The notes under the pieces: model-generated | What the model was told of the DNA's origin: nothing | The model's input: only the letters and a program-made list of their open reading frames with translations | The model's database searches: none | From: Ophelia neglecta | Lineage: Eukaryota | NCBI GenBank assembly: GCA_965285935.1 | Contig: OZ260662.1 | Coordinates: 94,054,001-94,118,000 of the forward strand | DNA: 64,000 nucleotides | Direction: 5' to 3' | Translations under genes and position numbers: made by a program | Part shown: positions 1 to 12,329 of the stretch, one piece after another | How positions within the stretch are numbered: the first letter of the stretch is position 1 | How the letters are laid out: every line of letters begins with the position of its first letter

Positions 1-3000
1 TATTTTTTTCTGTCAATGGGAATGAAAAACAGTTACATTGTAACAAGTGTGGCTTAAGAACATTTGGCAAAACTGATAGATCGACAGAACAATTGGACCC
101 TACCTTGTTAGAAACTGAAGAAAGAGCCAACAATAATGTTGACACTTTATAATGCCAGACTCTTAGTGTTTTCATTATCTCTCGCAGCAATAAAATTCAC
201 ATCTTATGTCATAAAATGTTTGTTAAATTCTTAGTGACATTGCTTTGTTTGGTTACAACGAGGCTAAATCTCGGAAGCATAAAAATGAGTTTAACAAAAC
301 TTACGTGGATGCAGGGCAGAAGAATTAAATCATCCATCAAGAACAGTACATGGTCCGAAATCATCAGGAACCTCAATTGCGGGCCCAAAAGCACCAATCC
401 CCAGCTGCCTAACAGCAAATAAGCCCGAAATTAATAACAATGAAATATAAGTGATATAATTTGAAATGCGAATTATTCAACCGTTTTCCATGATGCAAGT
501 ATGTGAACAAATCAAAGGAATCAATGTTCACCGTAGGACATATTTTTATTTCTTGTTCTCTCCTCAATGGGGCTTTGTAATTTTAACGAAAACGATATGA
601 AGTGAACAATTGACGTTTTTATTGTGCGTAAATACGTGCAACATGCGATGTAACCTGTATGCAAATGTGATGTTCCTATGCATGAAACTGACATAACCTA
701 AACTGGGCTGCTTTGACACAGCAATGCTACTATGCTATAAAGAAGACACATCTATTTCTGTACAAGCAACGGCCTAACACGATGAGATACAATATATAGT
801 TATTTCTGTTTAAAGAATGGCCCCGACGAAAATTATGGCATTGCAAGACTAGGGCTTCGGCGTCGATCGATAGAATTGCTGAAAATAAATGATACCTGCA
901 ATAAGCCGATGGAGTCATACATTAAATATTTGTGCTGTTGGCCCTAAAGTATACAGGCTTATTCGCCTTTGAATATAATCACATTTGGTCGTTTTAAAGA
1001 AAAACATTAATGGAAAGGCTTTTTGGACCCATTTATGCCCATGCCAAGGCTTATCGAAAGCAAAGATAATCAAAGTGACATTAAAGCCTGGTTGATGGTG
1101 TAGGTAAATAAGCTAAATGAGGGCTTAGCCTTGTTGTGACGTCCTTAATGATTTCTTATCGACCTTAACGTAGCTCACTACTTTAATTGTCAGGTCGATG
1201 TCTATAATCATAGTAAAAAGCCCTTAAAAACTGTATTAGTTCGATCAATATGACAGCATCATTAAGTGGGCGTCAATATAAGGACATCATAGATTGGCCG
1301 AAGAGGGTAAACCTGTGCTTGGCGTTTAGCATGGATGCTCGACAGCTGCGTTTTGCTGCGGGGTTACGATGAATTTAGGACAATGAACATTGTTTCTTTC
1401 ATCATATTCATCATAATCCCGACATTTTATTTTTACGCGTATTTCAAATATATTTGCTTGAATGGACTGCTTCCGTATGGCTTCCGCGCTGGACATATTC
1501 AAATACGGGAGGCCTATACCCTTCATAAAATCGTTAAGTGTCTAACTATCAATAATCAGAAAGCTTAAATTTATTTTAGTTGTACAATTTGAAGTTTTGA
1601 AAATATGAAATTGAATGCAATGTTCGGAAGGAAATACCTAGTAAATCCATTCAATTTTCAATAAGCTGCACCACACGATTGTCTAAGTTTTATACCTGCT
1701 AATAGCTACATGGAGGGAACCTAGGCATATGCTGGCGAAAATTAACATTTTCAGGCCACATGGTTGCTGCACACGTGGATATTGCTTTCCTGGGGATCCA
1801 ATGCCATAACATTTTATCAAGATGTGCAGTATGTGACAGGAAGTTTAAATAATGCGATTTTAGCATTAGCAAGACCGACACCATCAGCGCCAATGCAGTA
1901 ATTTTGACCCTAATTATTTGCCCAACAAGCAGGTATCGGTCATCCAATTTCTTAACGCAGCGTACTTAGCGACTTGTTGGGTTGAAAGGTGCGACAGGGT
2001 GAGCTGGATAGGGTTTACCAGTAGAGAGGGGGCGGGATGGCCTGTACTATCGGCGTTTGGTGAACGAATCTTACTCTGACAACATTCAACTCAATTCGCG
2101 ATTTCGACCCGTAGCCTCCCATGTCGAATATTGCCGGAATCCTTTTTGTTTTGCTTACTTGGAGGATTAACTTGTTACTTTATAAAGGTGCATTAATACG
2201 TGGTCAAGTTAACTACATAGCTCTCACAAATAAGAATGAGTTTCAAAATTGAACCCCAGGTGCTAGTCATCTGGGCAGATTATTACTTAGACTTCATGAA
2301 CGAGAATAAAAACACATGAACGTCATGCAAATAAGTGAGATTTCGACACGGCTGACCCTGTCATATTAAGTTGGAGACAAGAGTAGATCATTGACCCAGA
2401 AGCTTTCCCATTTTCCCATTTGACTGCCCTATACGTCTCTCGGCCCGGACACTTGATTTCAGGTTAATCAATACTCGCTGAAGTGCTGAGGTCTCCCGCT
2501 TTGCCCCGTCACCGGTCCTGCCCTTTTTCTGGCGTATCGGTTGCTTATGGATGAAATGCCTCGCCCTCGCGGCCTGTCGTTGCATAATTATGCCGATGTC
2601 ACGTAGGTATATTTGATAATATAACCAGTCAACCTTGAGTGAAGTCGAATTGGCTTAATTTTTATGCTGCTGAAACCGAAATTGTAAGTGGTGGGGTCAA
2701 ACAACAATTGCCGGCAGGATTGAACAAATCCGCAGTTAATGGAAGACCAATCCCGGTGAAATATAACCTTGTTTATTGTATAATTGTCATGTTTTCGATC
2801 TACATATGGCCATGGGGTCGCAAGTTACTTTTTGATTCCCATTACCATGTCACTGCGTTCACACGCTACCAAGATTTTGAAAGCCAGTAGAATATAGGCA
2901 TAACTATCACTAGCGCTTACTTACTTCATCGAAAAGCGGGTTTCTTTATTATAAAGAATCTTATTTCCCTGTAGAGTTAGGTGGAAGATATTAAGTAAAG

Positions 3001-3199
3001 GACATTCGGGTGAAATGTTTTGGACACTTGGATAAACGTTTGATAAGCGCTCAGTAAATGCAAATTAGGTAAGCGGGTAGTAATTTGCAAAAATGTAAAA
3101 AAATAAAACAATATTTAAAGTCATTGATAATTCACAACTTACATAAAAGACAGATGCTCAAGACCGATCCAACAAACATGTAAGTCAGCTGCCAAGGCA

Positions 3200-3520
3200 A
3201 GATTCTGACAAACCTTCGCTGTGCAAAATAACTAACCACTATTGCAAAGAGGCTAAATCTGTAACAGGATTGGGATTCGAGAAGAATACATCTGCCCTTA
3301 GAAGAGACCATATCACAGCACTGCTATGGCTTGTACATCGGTTCTGATAAGGTAACGGATACAGCTAAACTGTTACTGATTGTTCATGAAATCCTCAGAG
3401 GCATTTTTTTCAGCACACTAGACCGATCTTAGATGAAGTCCCATACCCTTTCAAAGCAGTTGATGTCGGCTCTGTTCGTCCTATTCCATCGGTCGCCATC
3501 CCGCCCGCTCACAGTAACTT
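3200..3520 (+). mobile_element. L2/CR1-group LINE 3' remnant
   Basis: Broken translation EAKSVTG...RRDHITALLWLVH...RIQ..KLLLIVHEILRG...SKQLMSA matches the L2-type ORF2 tail (AARLVTG..DHITPVL..LHWLP..RIQFKLLLIV.K.L.G...SRQLRSA). Confidence 0.6.
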
Positions 3521-3879
3521 GATTTCCTCTATTTAACGAAAAACTCATGACTCAGGGTATCGTGTTGTCAACAATACAATTACCAACATGTTTTTTTCTG
3601 AAATAATATACTCACAATTAATACATGTGAACAATGATAATTTATACCATTAAAAAGGTTAAACGAGTATTGATCGTCGGAGATATTTTTTAAATGATAT
3701 ATATCATGTTTCATAAAAAGTCTTATCCTATCACCAGATTTCAAAAAATCTTGACAAAATCATTTGATTACGACATATACATAGCATATTACTGCCTTGC
3801 TGCTGTTTGAAATATCCCAGTGAAATATCTATAGCATTGATATCTTGGATCAGTGTTCTTAGTGTGTTGGTTAGGGAAT

Positions 3880-4480
3880 TGTCATAACATACTTTTGTTA
3901 AGAGCCTATTGCATAGGGTTTCACAATCCGGCTGTTAAGCATACGAGAATTCGATATATTAAAACAGCCTCGTATACATGACATCCGTATGTATGTAAAT
4001 GTTTGTGTTAACATTTTATAAATTTTCATGAAAACATAGGTGATGGAGATTGTACCTTCATTATAACGTTACTTGTAGCCCATGGCCAGCCATGTCATCT
4101 GCCGAGAGCAAATTAATTCATGCTATAAATATCTGAGATCCTTTGTTCACCGGAAGGGGCAAACGATAACCAATGATAATAAGTTATTCGAGGTTCTGCT
4201 CTTGCCTGAAATCAAATTTTGTTTCCATTGCACACCTAGGACAACTAAATATCTAAATCATATTGTGGGGAATCTGTTCGGGTATGATAATAAAAGAGGA
4301 ATTACAAAGTCCATGTGTCAATCTGGGATAACACCTAGCCCTTATCTAGGCCTATCACCATTGAAAAGTTATAACATTAAAATTTCTGAAATGTTATCCA
4401 TATTATTTTACGGAAATAGGAGAACGCCATTTTTAGCCATACGACATCCTCTAGATTGCTTGGTTGATTTGATTTGATTC
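3880..4480 (-). mobile_element. Degraded LINE reverse transcriptase fragment
   Basis: Minus-strand motifs in RT order: ISEIL..LFN...GVIPD*..FVIPL, KFDFRQ (QFGFR), FIA*INLLSADDMAGH (AFIDL.KAFD.V.H). Confidence 0.5.
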
Positions 4481-6949
4481 GGTAAAAAAATACATTAATG
4501 GCAAGAAGTTAAAAAACACACACAGAATACTTTAAGTATCGCAGGACTACGCTTATTGCACTTTTGCCGAGAAAGATGGACCAAAAGTCAAACAAGGCAT
4601 GACTTATCATGGGAGCCCTGAGTACATGGTATAGACAAGTACCTGAAGGATCACGAACTTTACAATCTACACACCATAACTGTATAAAATTACAATTCAT
4701 GACTAGAGTAACAAAACACAACATCTATGTATGTGCCAAGATAATTAAGTTAACTTGAAATATATTTAACAAAAATTTTTTTTCGCACGCTGAAGTATTT
4801 ACAAAATGTTGTGCTTTAAAAAGATTTTCCGTCCAAGGTGGACACGTACTTGTATCTATTCCTATCAGAACATCGCCGGCAAGAAAATGTCATGCTTCTC
4901 TGGACATAATAGCAAATGCATTTCCCGTTCCTGTCCCTTTTCCGCACCGAATGGTCGAAATAAGTGCTAAAATCGACGTCAATATGCACAGAGGCACAAA
5001 ATAGAAGATGGAATGGAATTCAAACAGAAATTTGCCTTTACCCGTCCCTTTTGATTTCCTCGAGGTACCACAAAGACCGATATTGACCAGCACAAGACTG
5101 TTAATGTAGTTAATCTAATAAATGTATGGCATATGTGGCGTGTGTGCCAATCTGACCGAGCCACCAGTGGTTACTGAAAGGACCATCGATATTTGACCCA
5201 GGCTACTGACACTCAAAGAAATGACCACGTATCCTTAGAAAGATAGGTTGAAGGTGGCAATTACTTCCTGGGAAATGGTACTATTCTTGTCCAACATATT
5301 GACCACCGTACATCGTTTGCTCTAAGCTCCAGAATTGGACTAGCTGCCGTTTACTTCTCGACGTGACAGTTAATTAAGTATATAGTGAACTATATTCTCA
5401 TGCATGTTAGTGGCTGACAAACTAGGTATGCTCACTTTACCATGCCACCGAACATTTTATTACCGTTTTAGCGAGGTAGATCTCCTGCCCTCTACATTAT
5501 AATACAGCATGGCTTATATGCTACCCTGGAGAACACTGTATGTTGCCATGAAACACTGGACCCGGTAACAGCTGTCAGTCACAAGTCCTTCATGACACAT
5601 GGAATGAGGCGAAGGTTATTATTCGACTAGCATGGAGACTGGATGGGGAGATATACATGAGCGTACCAATTTCGTTTTTTATGATCAACTGTTGAACTGT
5701 TTACAACTTTATTTGATAACATAATTTTGCCTTAACATCAATATTATACCGGCCTTCAAACAACACTAACTCCTCTTGCGAACCAGCCAGCGTCTGGTGT
5801 GAGAGCACAAGGATATGCTGTAATTACATGGTAATGTATCTGTCAATGCGACAACGTGCAGCGTCTTACATTTCTTGAGCTATAATATTCAAGTTGCTTC
5901 TTTAATCCCCACCCTGCCCTAAAACTCTAGTAACAACAGTGATACCTACCCAAGTTGTAACCCCGCTATTTGAGAATCTGCAAGTCTTGTCGTTGTCGGT
6001 CACCTGATACAATGTCTTAGACGCTTGTTACAACAAAGACTACCATGTAATTCAAAGAAAAACGTCTTAGTTAGGACATATCAAGCTACCTAAATATGAA
6101 CATCACCATTTTCAAAGGTATGAGTCCCAGGTTGCGGTAACCTCAAAATTCGTATTTAAAGCCTTTCGAAATAAATAAATATATTTTCAGATTTTCAGAG
6201 ATATTTCTTTTTAGGCTAACATGAACATTATTAACATTATTATTTTATGTATTGTCGGTATAAATCGACAAGGTACGATCCTCAAAGTGCCTTCTTGTCA
6301 TTTATTTAATCCCATCCGGCTTATAAATATCTTTTTTTTCTGGTAATATGTAATATCTACATATCACTTATTGCCGTTGGTTTCCAAGTTATTCAACAAT
6401 TCATGTTGTAAACCACTAGCACGTTTATGTCTAAAAAATTTTATCATTCTCAATTTGACCGTCAGCCTCAAGATTCTATCTTTGCTTATGGCTCATAACA
6501 ATTTTAAAAAATAATATGAAGTGACATTTATTAGGCGTCATTATTGCTTTCCTTGTAGGCTATCATGAACTATGTTTATTCAACAGCTTATTATATGCCA
6601 TAAAGCTCAATATGTTTATATCATCATTTGGATTTCTTAAATTAGTGTTAAACAAAGCCGCCCATGTGGCTATTTTCAATCATCAATTGATATCACATAT
6701 AGGTTCAACCAATATATGATTCCCACTAACCTTGTTTCACGCGAATGGTGTATAGTGTCATTTTGTTGAAAACTCGATAAAGGTAATTATCAGGGAATGA
6801 TAAAGGAAAAATAATTTCTGGATGAACACAATTCTTATAGGGCCAAACTAAAGGTTGAATATGCAAAAAGTTTATTGAAAAATATTTAGCTGGAAAAGAT
6901 GACAGTTATTATAGCACAGCATCTTCAGTCTTCAAAAGGGCTTGGAGTG

Positions 6950-8000
6950 CATATCTCTGGACAAGGAGAACCCCCCAGATCAATAGAAATAGATAATTAT
7001 TATATTGGAGACGTATTCTTCACAAAATATTAACTAACTATTAAAGAGATTAATGGACATTTACCCTATTACTTGATCGTTTTACACAGCAATTGTAAGC
7101 CGGAATTGGTTAAACTGGCTTTTATATTGTGGGTTGACGATGTCAAAGCAATTATCCGATTCGGTATACTAGAATGTAGGAAAATTGAAATAAAGCAGTC
7201 AGTATACGTGTGGAAAGTATAATCTAGTGGCAGAAGGGGTGAGCAAAATAACGAAAGAAAAGTAGTAAACAAGTGTTATATAGGTTAAAACCAGTGATAC
7301 CTTCAGCAAAACATGACCAGAGAACCTTGACAATAGTTTGTGTGGGCCAACAATGCGGAATTCGTAACACTTATTAAAGGCTAAACAACGGTAGCGGCAG
7401 AGGATTGATTTACATGAATGGGGGGACAAAGGCCTTAGAATGTGGCCTGGAATGACAGGTACGTTATGGTGACAAGGGATAATTTAATGACAACATAATT
7501 TGAACAACAGGAAGTTATACGGTTTAGTGCATGGGCGTCTCCTGCTCAATGATAAAGGAGATAGAATGAGACTACCACAGCTTCTAAAACCTAAACATCT
7601 GGTTAAAGTTAATGAGTTGGCCCTCAGTTGGGGTCCATGCTCGTGAATGTTAGAAAAATTGAATATTATTTCTAATAAGAAGGAATTCAGTGCGGGCACA
7701 ACGACTTCGAGTGTCATATACTAAGCTAAAAGACGAAGGTAGATACGGACAGGCGTTGAAAAAAAAACATTAAATTTGTAAGAATAAAACAACATTCCTT
7801 ATTGTTATTCAATGAATTCTGCTACCCAAACCCATAAATTCAGAAATGACTAACTACATTATTAATATATAAGCAAGATAATGTGAAGTAATATAGGTGG
7901 TAATATAGTGAAGTCATTGCTCAAGTCATGTATCGTGTTCGGATAGCTGCCAAAGCTACTGCAAATGAAATAATAAACGAGCATGTCCCTGAGTAGTAAT
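6950..8000 (-). mobile_element. Highly degraded LINE ORF2 fragment
   Basis: Ordered weak motifs: YFICSSFG..PNTI (YF.SIG..LA..I), RPV..LPS.FS (RPISILP.FSK), IPGHILRPL..IHVN (PQGSILGPL..IYVN), IPNRIIALTSSTH...SGL (C-terminal domain). Confidence 0.4.
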
Positions 8001-10379
8001 TCACAGTTTATGAAGTCTAAAGTAATGAAATATGAGGGAGACCTGCCCGCTAACAAATTTCAACCTCCCCCACGCCGTCGCCATAACAGTTCCATGCCAT
8101 TCATCCCTGTATTGTCTGATCGCCAATCTCACCCCCCTCACTCCCCCCCCCCCCCTCCACTCCCAGCTGCCATGCTTCAAGCCAAAAACATCTACATGTC
8201 TTTTATCAGCACCATCAACCATCGGGCAGTCCTCTCTCAATAATCTCAAGACTCCTTTTTAACCCTCTCTTTTATCCCTTATGAAAACGTATAATATGGT
8301 GGGTTTTATTTTGGTAGTAGTTGATGTTTACCGGGAGTCACTGGGAAAATAAAATATATTTTTGCCTTCCACCCCACGGATGAGCTTAATAAGTTAACGC
8401 CCGACCCTCTCCCCCTCACCACCAACTCCACCCCCCCCCAACCCTTCCCCCTCGTCATTTGGAGGAGTCAAAACCTTTTCATCCACTTTAACGCTAGGTA
8501 GCCGGAGTCTCAGTTTACCAGGATATTTTTAACTTGAATTACAGTATATCTCAAAATAAAGCATAATAAATTGACTTGAACCGAATGCTATCCTTCTTCT
8601 GTCCACTTTACACCGATTCCTCCTTAGTTTTATTGATGGCAGACACGAAGGTCCATTTCCAGTTCTAGTCAATTCATTTTAATCAAGTGTGATATCATAT
8701 ACAATTTACATTCATAAAAACGTCATACGATTTCAATTAATAAAACAGGAAAAGTTAAAAAGTACATATAGAAATTTATCAAAAGGACTGAAAGCCATAA
8801 TCTTACATTGAGAACCATTAAGCTTTTACATGTGTACAATCCAATTCCTGCTTTTAAAAAGAGACCGCTATCAATTTCAACGTTTTTTCAAAGAAATAAT
8901 TTAACAATGATTGTATTCAAGACATTTCAAGAAGATATGAGCAAAGGAATGCAAAAATGTTGTGGTTTAGATAAAAAATAATATGATCACATTAGGGATG
9001 CATTCCTTGCATCACGTAAGTAGGACTAGCCGAATGAGCATCTATTTTTCTTTCCTTGCAATCGATTTATCCTAACAACTGGCGCTTTGACGAAATTGGA
9101 AAATCCCTTTAATTCAATGAAGCAAATGAATCTGGATAGCTCAATTTCACAGCGAGGGGGTTTCGTTTTGTTCCGCCATTTGTCAAAGACGGGCATTACA
9201 AGTGGTTTCACAGCTGCAGAGACTGAGCGGCTGTAAGCGATTGAGAATATGAGGCATGCTGTGCATATTTCTGTTCTATTTTAATATAATCTGCATGCTA
9301 CAAAACATAACTGAGCTGAGCAGTAAATAATCAAAAAACCTCGGTGGCTAATCAAAACTTTATCCAGCGCTCGATTAGATTTCCATTTAATATGTCGGCC
9401 AGGCGGAAGTGTTGGAGTAAAAGGTTGATGGGCTTAAACCGCCAGAGCCTGAAATTTATCTGGAAAGAATGTTTATTCGATCAAGTCGGGGTATTGATGG
9501 AGACACCTTCTATTGAAAGCGGGTTTAGAAATGGTCTCCAATCCTGAACGCAAGACCTACCCCGCCTAGGTTTGACTAACAACACACACATTGATAGGCT
9601 CGATCTGACACGGACAAGTTATTACCCATAGAACGGAAAGTATCACCGGTCTAAAGTGGGTGTCTTGACACGCTACTTTAACTTCTAGTTACAAAACAAA
9701 AAGGATAAAAAAGGTTGGAATAACCACATAATATAGGAGTGTTTAACATTTTGGAATTTCTTTACACATAAATCGTTTTATTTCTATTCACAGCTTTTTT
9801 TATCGTAATTTTAAAGACTTCCCTTACAATAAGTTGGAGGTTTGTCGAATGTTTGCCCATTAATTCTTTACCGACCAATGAAAATGTTATAATTGGTTAT
9901 GGGCTCCATTCTCACATTATTTTTATAGAAAACAATTGTAATTTCACATTTTTCAATTTGGCACCCAGCCGTCAAATATTTCTACCGCGGTTTTCTTTAT
10001 TTATATATAAAACAAAGCTACATGTATGAATATTTACGGTTTTATAAAAAATTATGATCAATTATATACCAAACCCTTCCTACCCCCTCCCTCTTCGCCC
10101 CCTTCCCGCCTACCTCGAGGATATCAAATAGTGCCCTCCCGCTTTTTATCTTTAAAGGTCAGCCCTATATCTTACAGGTCTGACAGACGAAATCAAAGAC
10201 ACAGAAACAACAATAGGTAAACAATCACATGATAAAATCATAATCCTATCATATAACATGGCTGCAGGAAAAAATATAACCCCCCCCCCCCCCTACTATG
10301 ACACCCGACCCCCCCCCCCTCCATCCCTAGGTTTTCAGAAAAAAAAGGCGCTCCTCCTATATGCTTTACATGATTAATA

Positions 10380-10545
10380 CAGTGAAACCTGCCTTAAAGA
10401 CCACATCTATATTCAGACCACCTGTGAATCCAGACCACTAATATGAGGGCCATAGGGTACACTTTTAATGTAGAATTACCTGTTTAAACAGACCACCTCC
10501 AGTGATTCTAGTCCCTTGGATGGTCTTAATATAAAGGATCCACTG
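10380..10545. mobile_element. Tc1/mariner (pogo/Tigger-type) MITE, 166 bp, TA target duplication
   Basis: TA|CAGTGAAACCTGCCTTAAAGACCAC ... ATGGTCTTAATATAAAGGATCCACTG|TA: imperfect TIRs of about 25 bp with CAGT termini, TA on both sides (10378-79, 10546-47), and four internal AGACCAC repeats. Confidence 0.8.
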
Positions 10546-10985
10546 TAAATGTTAAAATTAGCTCACAAAATGTTTTGTTAGTAAAACTTTATAAACAACA
10601 AAACATTATATTAACAATATGTCAGCATATCGCCATGATTTCGTTCATAAATGATTTTTATTGAATGCCTTTTTGTAAACTTGATAAACATATTCTTTTG
10701 GTATAAAGCAGGAAAAGTTGCTACAGTTCGTTGTTATCTACTCTGGCCGTTTGTGATTGTCCCACTGACAAGACACGTGTCGAACCGCAAGGTCGTCATT
10801 CCGTGTTCATTCTAAGCCTTATGCATTGTCACTTTCGTTAAATAGTGATTCAAGGGCCGACTCCGTATGTACCTTTCTTCACAAATGCCAGCTTTTATCA
10901 TAATGTATTTGGGTAAAAGATGGAAATTCATCTCGCCTCGCACTACCATGGTTATTTAGAAATTATTGATTAAATTCATCTCCTA

Positions 10986-10991
10986 TTTATT
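10986..10991 (-). promoter_or_regulatory. Candidate polyadenylation signal (AATAAA) of the GPCR
   Basis: tttatt on the plus strand about 85 nt downstream of the stop codon; a second lies at 10657-10662. The hexamer is common in AT-rich DNA. Confidence 0.35.
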
Positions 10992-11076
10992 AAATTGCCA
11001 TAGTAAACAGGTGAGTAGCCATCTTTTGACACATAGAACAACTTGGAAGGCACCATATAATGGTCTAAGCATGATT

Positions 11077-12267
11077 TCACAATAGAGTTGTGGTCCGAGT
11101 ACTTAATGTATGCGATCGTCCCGTGCTATTCCGTATGTGTGAGGAATAACTGTTTATTCTCATTTTCTTGCTTACACAAGGACAGAATACACGCTGCAAA
11201 CCTGCGCGAAATTTGGGGTAGAAAAGCACGTAAATGAAGAAGTTGGCGGCAGAGTTAATAGCAAGCATGACTTCAGCAACTGGTTGTACAATATATATCA
11301 TTAGATTGTGTGCCGTTGGGGGAAAAACCGCCTTCCAAAACAGTCTGTCGACGACAAACAAAAAGAATGCAAAACGGAGCGACTGACATATGAGAAACAG
11401 CAGTACGACAGCAACAACATTGGAGGTCATTGAGACGCTGGTCCCCCTTCCGGCCGGTTCCACTATGGACAAATCCCGTCTGCGTTTCTTGGCCGCATAT
11501 AACGAGTGCGCAAGCTTACCGTTCATGGCGAACAACAAGCCCAGCGGAATGACAAACAACACAAATCCATCGAATCCGATTTCATACACTTTAAAGTAGT
11601 ATTCTGGGGTCGCTCCCTTCAATGCAATAGCAAAGATGTAGAGGGGAATTCTGTAAAGAACACTGACCACCACCACGATTCCTATGGCCCATCGTGCATT
11701 GCGCACAGTGCAAATTGAACGAGCACGCAGGGGCCAGCAAACCATAATAAATCGCTCGGCAGTGATTACAATAAGTAGCCAAACTTCAATTACTTCTGTG
11801 GTATTCACCAGTACCTGGACCGTTATATTTACCTGTTCAATCGGTGTTGTTCGGCCACTGATAAACAGACTCGGGATCATTATCTTTCCCGCCAGGAACA
11901 GCCAGTCTACGACTGACAGTGCCAACAGATACGTTGTTGTTCCGGTCTTTTTTTCGTCGAGTATAAGCGTGATGAAAGTCAGCAAGTTGACTATTAGCCC
12001 GAAGAGGCAGACGGCAAAGAGCACATAGTCTAACAGAATCTGATGTACCTTGATGTATATCGGGTCTGGTTGTGGGTTAGCTTGTTTATTAGCTTGGTCA
12101 ATGGCGTTGTTAAAGAGGTCGAACCAAAAAGTCTCGTTTGCGAGGGCGGGGACATTGTCCTGGCATACGGCGTTCCAGTTGACCCCGTAATCGGTCTCAA
12201 CGCCAGGGCCGAGAACCATGAGTTCAACCGCTACCGGACAGCTCATCAGAAAGGTGCCGTAATCCAT
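11077..12267 (-). CDS. Intronless class A (rhodopsin-like) GPCR, FMRFamide/sex-peptide/myosuppressin/srw-receptor-like, 396 aa from first ATG
   Basis: Only long clean ORF in the window (track starts at TTG 12282; first ATG at 12267, MDYGTF). Seven hydrophobic segments with TM1 GLIVN, TM2 LALSVVD, TM3 AERFIMVCWPL, TM4 YRIP, TM5 FVIPLGLL..N, TM6 FLICQ, TM7 INSAANFFIY, helix 8 PKFR, FCPC (possible palmitoylation) and a Ser/Thr-rich tail. NxT sequon (NET) in the N-terminus. ERF..VC.P and NSxxNFxIY are typical of this invertebrate peptide-receptor-like group. Confidence 0.93.
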   Translation of the reverse strand: MDYGTFLMSCPVAVELMVLGPGVETDYGVNWNAVCQDNVPALANETFWFDLFNNAIDQANKQANPQPDPIYIKVHQILLDYVLFAVCLFGLIVNLLTFITLILDEKKTGTTTYLLALSVVDWLFLAGKIMIPSLFISGRTTPIEQVNITVQVLVNTTEVIEVWLLIVITAERFIMVCWPLRARSICTVRNARWAIGIVVVVSVLYRIPLYIFAIALKGATPEYYFKVYEIGFDGFVLFVIPLGLLFAMNGKLAHSLYAAKKRRRDLSIVEPAGRGTSVSMTSNVVAVVLLFLICQSLRFAFFLFVVDRLFWKAVFPPTAHNLMIYIVQPVAEVMLAINSAANFFIYVLFYPKFRAGLQRVFCPCVSKKMRINSYSSHIRNSTGRSHTLSTRTTTLL

Positions 12268-12278
12268 AGTGTTACTGT

Positions 12279-12329
12279 TCAATAATCAATTGCCAATAAC
12301 AAACCGAACAGAATGGCCAATAAGGTCAT
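12279..12329 (-). other. 16-aa hydrophobic uORF (MTLLAILFGLLLAIDY*) just upstream of the GPCR
   Basis: Direct translation from ATG 12329 to TGA 12281-12279. It ends 11 nt before the GPCR ATG and is in a different frame. Confidence 0.45.

Noticed and set aside
1-420. CxxC-containing coding fragment at the window start (LHCNKCG)
   Set aside because: Short, closed by stops and truncated by the window edge; no family assignable.
7983-8460. Pro-rich ORFs and poly-C tracts as gene or G-quadruplex regulatory element
   Set aside because: Poly-C/G tracts are scattered throughout the window and are typical of decayed MITEs; no specific support.
9026-9250. Tyrosine recombinase-like fragment on the minus strand
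   Set aside because: Only vague similarity; catalytic motifs not recognisable.
11390-12285. Overlapping ORFs within the GPCR
   Set aside because: Shadow ORFs of a GC-richer coding sequence, with no recognisable motifs.
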